DNA of 64,000 bases, taken from positions 101,449 through 165,448 of the forward strand of contig MFDN01000001.1 of the NCBI GenBank assembly GCA_001776935.1, given 5' to 3'. The notes under the pieces were generated by a model. That model made no database searches. It was not told the DNA's origin and saw only the letters and a list, made by a program, of their open reading frames with translations. Below are positions 60,843 through 64,000 of the stretch, piece by piece. Source of the stretch: Candidatus Daviesbacteria bacterium RIFCSPLOWO2_01_FULL_39_23. Lineage in GTDB: Bacteria; Patescibacteriota; Microgenomatia; Daviesbacterales; UBA10151. Each line of letters opens with the position of its first letter. The first letter of the stretch is position 1. Made by a program: the position numbers and the translations under genes.

Positions 60843-61811
60843 TTAATGTCTATCTGGTAGAAGCGTATTGTTCAAATTCCGGCGCGATACAATTTCCTCT
60901 ACCAGATATACCGGGCGTGCTTTTGTTTCTTCCACTATTACTTGTATATATTTTCCAATAACGCTTAAAGCTAAAAGTTGAATTCCGCCAAAAAGAACAA
61001 TGGAGAATATTATCAACATTGATTCTCTTATGGTCTGTCCGAATAAATAGAATAAGAACAAATATACAATTATGCAAATGAATGAGAAAATGACTATAAT
61101 AAGGCCCAAATATACAATAATATCTAAAGGTAAATACGAAAATCCAAAAAAACTTCTTTCTGAATGATGAATATATCTAAATATGTTATAAGAGGTTTTT
61201 CCGTATTGTCTTTTCCGGCGCTGGTAGATGATAAACGTTGTTTTAAAACCAACCCATGCTCTTAAGCCTCTATAGAATCTGTATTTTTCAGGTAATTTCC
61301 TCATGGCATCCATAACGTTTTTATCGAGTAATGCAAAGCTGCCTGTATCAACGGGAACATCAATGTTTGAGATAGCCCTTAAAATTCTATAATAAGCTTT
61401 TCTTATAAATGTCATAACAAGGGTATCCTCAATCTTATTTCTTGTGCCGACAACAACCTTAAAACCTTTTTCCCACTCTCTAATAAATGTAGAAATAATT
61501 TCCGGAGGGTCCTGCATATCGCATTCATATAAAACAAACGCATCGCCGGTTGCATAATCCAGTGATGCCTGCGAAGAAGATTCTGGACCAAAGTTTCTGG
61601 AAAGAAAAATACCGGATACTCTTTTGTCTTTTGCTACTTTTTTAATTTCCTTTTTTGTCGCGTCAGTGCTGCCGTTATCTACAAATATAAATTCGAAATT
61701 GTATTTTTTTTCACTATCAGCCAGCTTTGCCAATTCCTGATAAGCAAGAGGAACATTAAGCTCTTCGTTAAAACAAATTATTCCAATGGAGACTGTTTTT
61801 TTATTAGTCAT
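60843..61811 (-). CDS. Polyprenyl-phosphate sugar synthase (GtrB/ArnC/DPM-like GT2 with C-terminal TM helices)
   Basis: VSIGIICFNEELNV...FIFVDNGSTDAT, two C-terminal hydrophobic helices, and a start at MTNKK that forms an ATGACTAA overlap with the upstream gene. Confidence 0.6.
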   Translation of the reverse strand: MTNKKTVSIGIICFNEELNVPLAYQELAKLADSEKKYNFEFIFVDNGSTDATKKEIKKVAKDKRVSGIFLSRNFGPESSSQASLDYATGDAFVLYECDMQDPPEIISTFIREWEKGFKVVVGTRNKIEDTLVMTFIRKAYYRILRAISNIDVPVDTGSFALLDKNVMDAMRKLPEKYRFYRGLRAWVGFKTTFIIYQRRKRQYGKTSYNIFRYIHHSERSFFGFSYLPLDIIVYLGLIIVIFSFICIIVYLFLFYLFGQTIRESMLIIFSIVLFGGIQLLALSVIGKYIQVIVEETKARPVYLVEEIVSRRNLNNTLLPDRH

Positions 61812-62742
61812 AATAGCAAGAATTCTCTTTAAACCAGTTAACCGTCTCCTCAATACCCTGACTTAAATTCTTTTTAGGATACCATTTAAGTTTTTGTTTT
61901 GTTTTTTGAATGTTGGCTTGCCACATAAACTTTTGGGGGTTTTTCAAATCGTCATATATGATTTGGTTTTTAAAGTCCACCTTCTTTGTTAACAATTCTA
62001 ACATATCTTTAACGCATGTTTGTTTGCCACTACCGATATTCAGGATCTCTCCACTTAATTTATCGGGGTTATTTATACATTGAATGAAGGCTTCAATTAC
62101 ATCTTCGATAAAAATATAATCCCGGACCGTGTTTGGGTTTTTAATATGGATTGTTTCTCCTTTTAGCATTTTATGGATAGTTTGAGGGATTAAACGTAAA
62201 GGATGGTCGAAAGGACCATACGGAGAGAAGAGTCTTAATGTAACAAGTGGTTTTTTAGTTTTTACGGCGTAGGATTTGGCATATAAAGTTGTGGCCAGTT
62301 TTGCTAAGGCGTAATTGCTGGTTGGTTCACAGCGGTTGTACTCCTTCATAGGAGTATTCTTATCTCCATATTCAGAGGAACTACCCGTATTGATGAAACA
62401 TTCATAATCAATCGAATCTGTGCTTTCGATAAGATTTACGGTACCGAATAAATTTACTTGCATTGACTTATTCAATGAAGTATCGAGTCCTCCATATAAT
62501 CCTAAATTTGCAAGGTGAATAACTACGTTTGGTTTAATTGTATGAAGCAGTTTTAAAAGACGTTTTCTGTTCAGCAAATCAACTTCATGCGGATGCAGTT
62601 TTGTGAGAATATCTTTAATTCTCCAAATATTTGAGTTTTTCCTTTTTAAAATATGAACTTCATAATTTTCCCTTATAAGTCTTCGGATAAGATTTGTTCC
62701 AACGAAACCTGTTGCGCCTGTTACAAAAATTTTCTTCTTCAT
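61804..62742 (-). CDS. NAD-dependent epimerase/dehydratase (extended SDR)
   Basis: KIFVTGATGFVGTNLIRRL. Paralog of the 48407..49330 product. Confidence 0.6.
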   Translation of the reverse strand: MKKKIFVTGATGFVGTNLIRRLIRENYEVHILKRKNSNIWRIKDILTKLHPHEVDLLNRKRLLKLLHTIKPNVVIHLANLGLYGGLDTSLNKSMQVNLFGTVNLIESTDSIDYECFINTGSSSEYGDKNTPMKEYNRCEPTSNYALAKLATTLYAKSYAVKTKKPLVTLRLFSPYGPFDHPLRLIPQTIHKMLKGETIHIKNPNTVRDYIFIEDVIEAFIQCINNPDKLSGEILNIGSGKQTCVKDMLELLTKKVDFKNQIIYDDLKNPQKFMWQANIQKTKQKLKWYPKKNLSQGIEETVNWFKENSCYYD

Positions 62743-63921
62743 TTATGGGAGGGTTTTGAGTTTCTTGAATGCTTTCTTTATTCTCTCAAGGCCCAATCTT
62801 AAGTTTTGGATGTCTGTTGCGTATGAAATGCGAAGATATCCTTCGCCAAAGCGTCCAAATGCGGTTCCTGCAAGCAAGGCTACGTTGGCTTCTTTCAGCA
62901 GAAAAGAGGCAATCTCCTGGGAAGTTCTGCCGAATGATTTAATATTTGGAAAAGCATAGAAAGCGCCGTGAGGTAAAAGAGTTGTTACTCCCGGCATTGA
63001 ATTTAAAGTCTCAATAACGAAATCACGGCGTTTTTTAAATTCCCCAACCATTTCTTTTACTGATTTTTGCGGTCCTAAAAATGCTTCTAATCCTGCTTCT
63101 TGCGTAAATGTTGCCGTACAGGCAAAGGAATGGGTGAGAAAATATTCTATCTTTTTCATAATTTTTTTAGGTGCAACAAGCCAGCCTAACCGCCATCCTG
63201 TCATGGAATAAGTTTTTGAAAAACCATCAACGATGATTGTTTGTTTACGTATCTTAGGTATGCTGTAAATGCTATGATAAGGTTCCTGAGTATAAAGTAT
63301 GCGGCTGTAAATTTCATCTGTTAAGATCCAGCTTTTAAAGCGACAGGCTAGGTCAGCAATTTCCTCCAGATCTTTTTTTGGAATAAGGGTGCCTGTGGGA
63401 TTTCCCGGATAATTTAAAATGATGAGTTTTGTCTTTTTGGAAATCTTTCTTCTAAAAACATTCATATCAAAGCTGAACTGCTTTTTTTCGGTAAGAGGAA
63501 CAGATACAGCCTTACCGCCGAAAAATTCAACCAGGATTTTGTAGGCAGGGAAAGCAGGGTCAGGATATAGTACTTCGTCGCCCGGCGAAACAATGGAGGC
63601 AAGAGCTGTAAACAATGCAGTTTTGCAACTGGGAGTTACTGCAATTTGCGAAACATCAACTTTTATACCCTTTTGTTTAGTTGTCCAATCTGCTATCGCA
63701 TGTCTTAGCGGCAGAATTCCAAGGGAGGGAGTGTATTTGGTTTTACCGGAGCGGATTGCTTTTATGGCGGCTTCCGTAATGTTTGGAGGAGTTTCAAAAT
63801 CAGGTTGGCCAATTTCAAAATGAATGATGGATTTGCCCTGTCGTTCAAGGTCTACTGCTTCTGCAAGAACCTTAAAGGCGCCTTCAGGTTCCAGTTTTGA
63901 CATTCGGGAAGCAAGTTTCAT
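62743..63921 (-). CDS. Class I/II pyridoxal-phosphate aminotransferase (aspartate aminotransferase family)
   Basis: 392 aa with the typical fold-type I length and composition. It is probably a housekeeping flank of the island. Confidence 0.55.
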   Translation of the reverse strand: MKLASRMSKLEPEGAFKVLAEAVDLERQGKSIIHFEIGQPDFETPPNITEAAIKAIRSGKTKYTPSLGILPLRHAIADWTTKQKGIKVDVSQIAVTPSCKTALFTALASIVSPGDEVLYPDPAFPAYKILVEFFGGKAVSVPLTEKKQFSFDMNVFRRKISKKTKLIILNYPGNPTGTLIPKKDLEEIADLACRFKSWILTDEIYSRILYTQEPYHSIYSIPKIRKQTIIVDGFSKTYSMTGWRLGWLVAPKKIMKKIEYFLTHSFACTATFTQEAGLEAFLGPQKSVKEMVGEFKKRRDFVIETLNSMPGVTTLLPHGAFYAFPNIKSFGRTSQEIASFLLKEANVALLAGTAFGRFGEGYLRISYATDIQNLRLGLERIKKAFKKLKTLP

Positions 63922-64000
63922 GGTTGTTTTAATGGAGCAATAATCATATTTTTGTAAAATTCTTCACGCGGAAGAAGAGGTGAAAGATCTTCAATCGGGT

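Noticed and set aside
63922-64000. Fragment of a further minus-strand gene at the 3' edge (about 18 C-terminal codons ending near 63947)
   Set aside because: Too little sequence is in the window to call it.

Overview
This AT-rich window (about one third G+C, judged by eye) is almost entirely one large cell-envelope glycosylation / glycopolymer locus. There are at least 53 protein-coding genes in 10 alternating-strand blocks. Many genes in a block overlap by 1, 4 or 8 nt (TAATG, ATGA, ATGACTAA), which points to tightly coupled operons. I found no rRNA, tRNA, CRISPR, transposase or integrase.

The locus holds an unusual number of polytopic membrane proteins that look like GT-C-type glycosyltransferases, about 16 in total:
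- 7 diverged paralogs of a PMT/ArnT-like family (GT39/GT83-like, with a DE loop motif)
- 3 paralogs of an unassigned family with a HDGxWH...GEKLVNYHF motif, one of them fused to a secreted N-terminal domain
- 2 ArnT-like paralogs with a D(E/H)PPL motif
- 4 further singletons, including a PIG-V-like protein

The likely donor-side enzymes are present alongside them:
- 3 polyprenyl-phosphate-sugar synthase-like GT2s (GtrB/DPM1/ArnC-like)
- a DUF2304 small membrane protein
- a Wzx-like flippase
- about 6 more GT2, 2 GT4 and a TagF-like CDP-alcohol phosphotransferase

Nucleotide-sugar genes include:
- a CDP-hexose branch (rfbF-like glucose-1-phosphate cytidylyltransferase, CDP-glucose 4,6-dehydratase, an RmlC-like cupin and epimerase/reductases)
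- two sugar C-methyltransferases
- an FdtA-like 3,4-ketoisomerase and a DegT-family PLP enzyme
- four Gfo/Idh/MocA oxidoreductases
- UDP-glucose 6-dehydrogenase plus two UDP-glucuronate decarboxylase-like enzymes
- GDP-L-fucose synthase

The gene content and paralog expansions are consistent with a Patescibacteria/CPR-like or other low-GC bacterium, but I cannot establish that from the sequence alone.

The most unusual non-coding signal is a GC-rich, highly self-complementary element of about 140 nt at 38198-38336. It lies between two minus-strand genes and contains a clean intrinsic terminator plus mutually exclusive helices, which makes it a candidate structured regulatory RNA. The two intergenic divergence points carry good sigma70-like promoters, and their geometry suggests leaderless or short-leader mRNAs.
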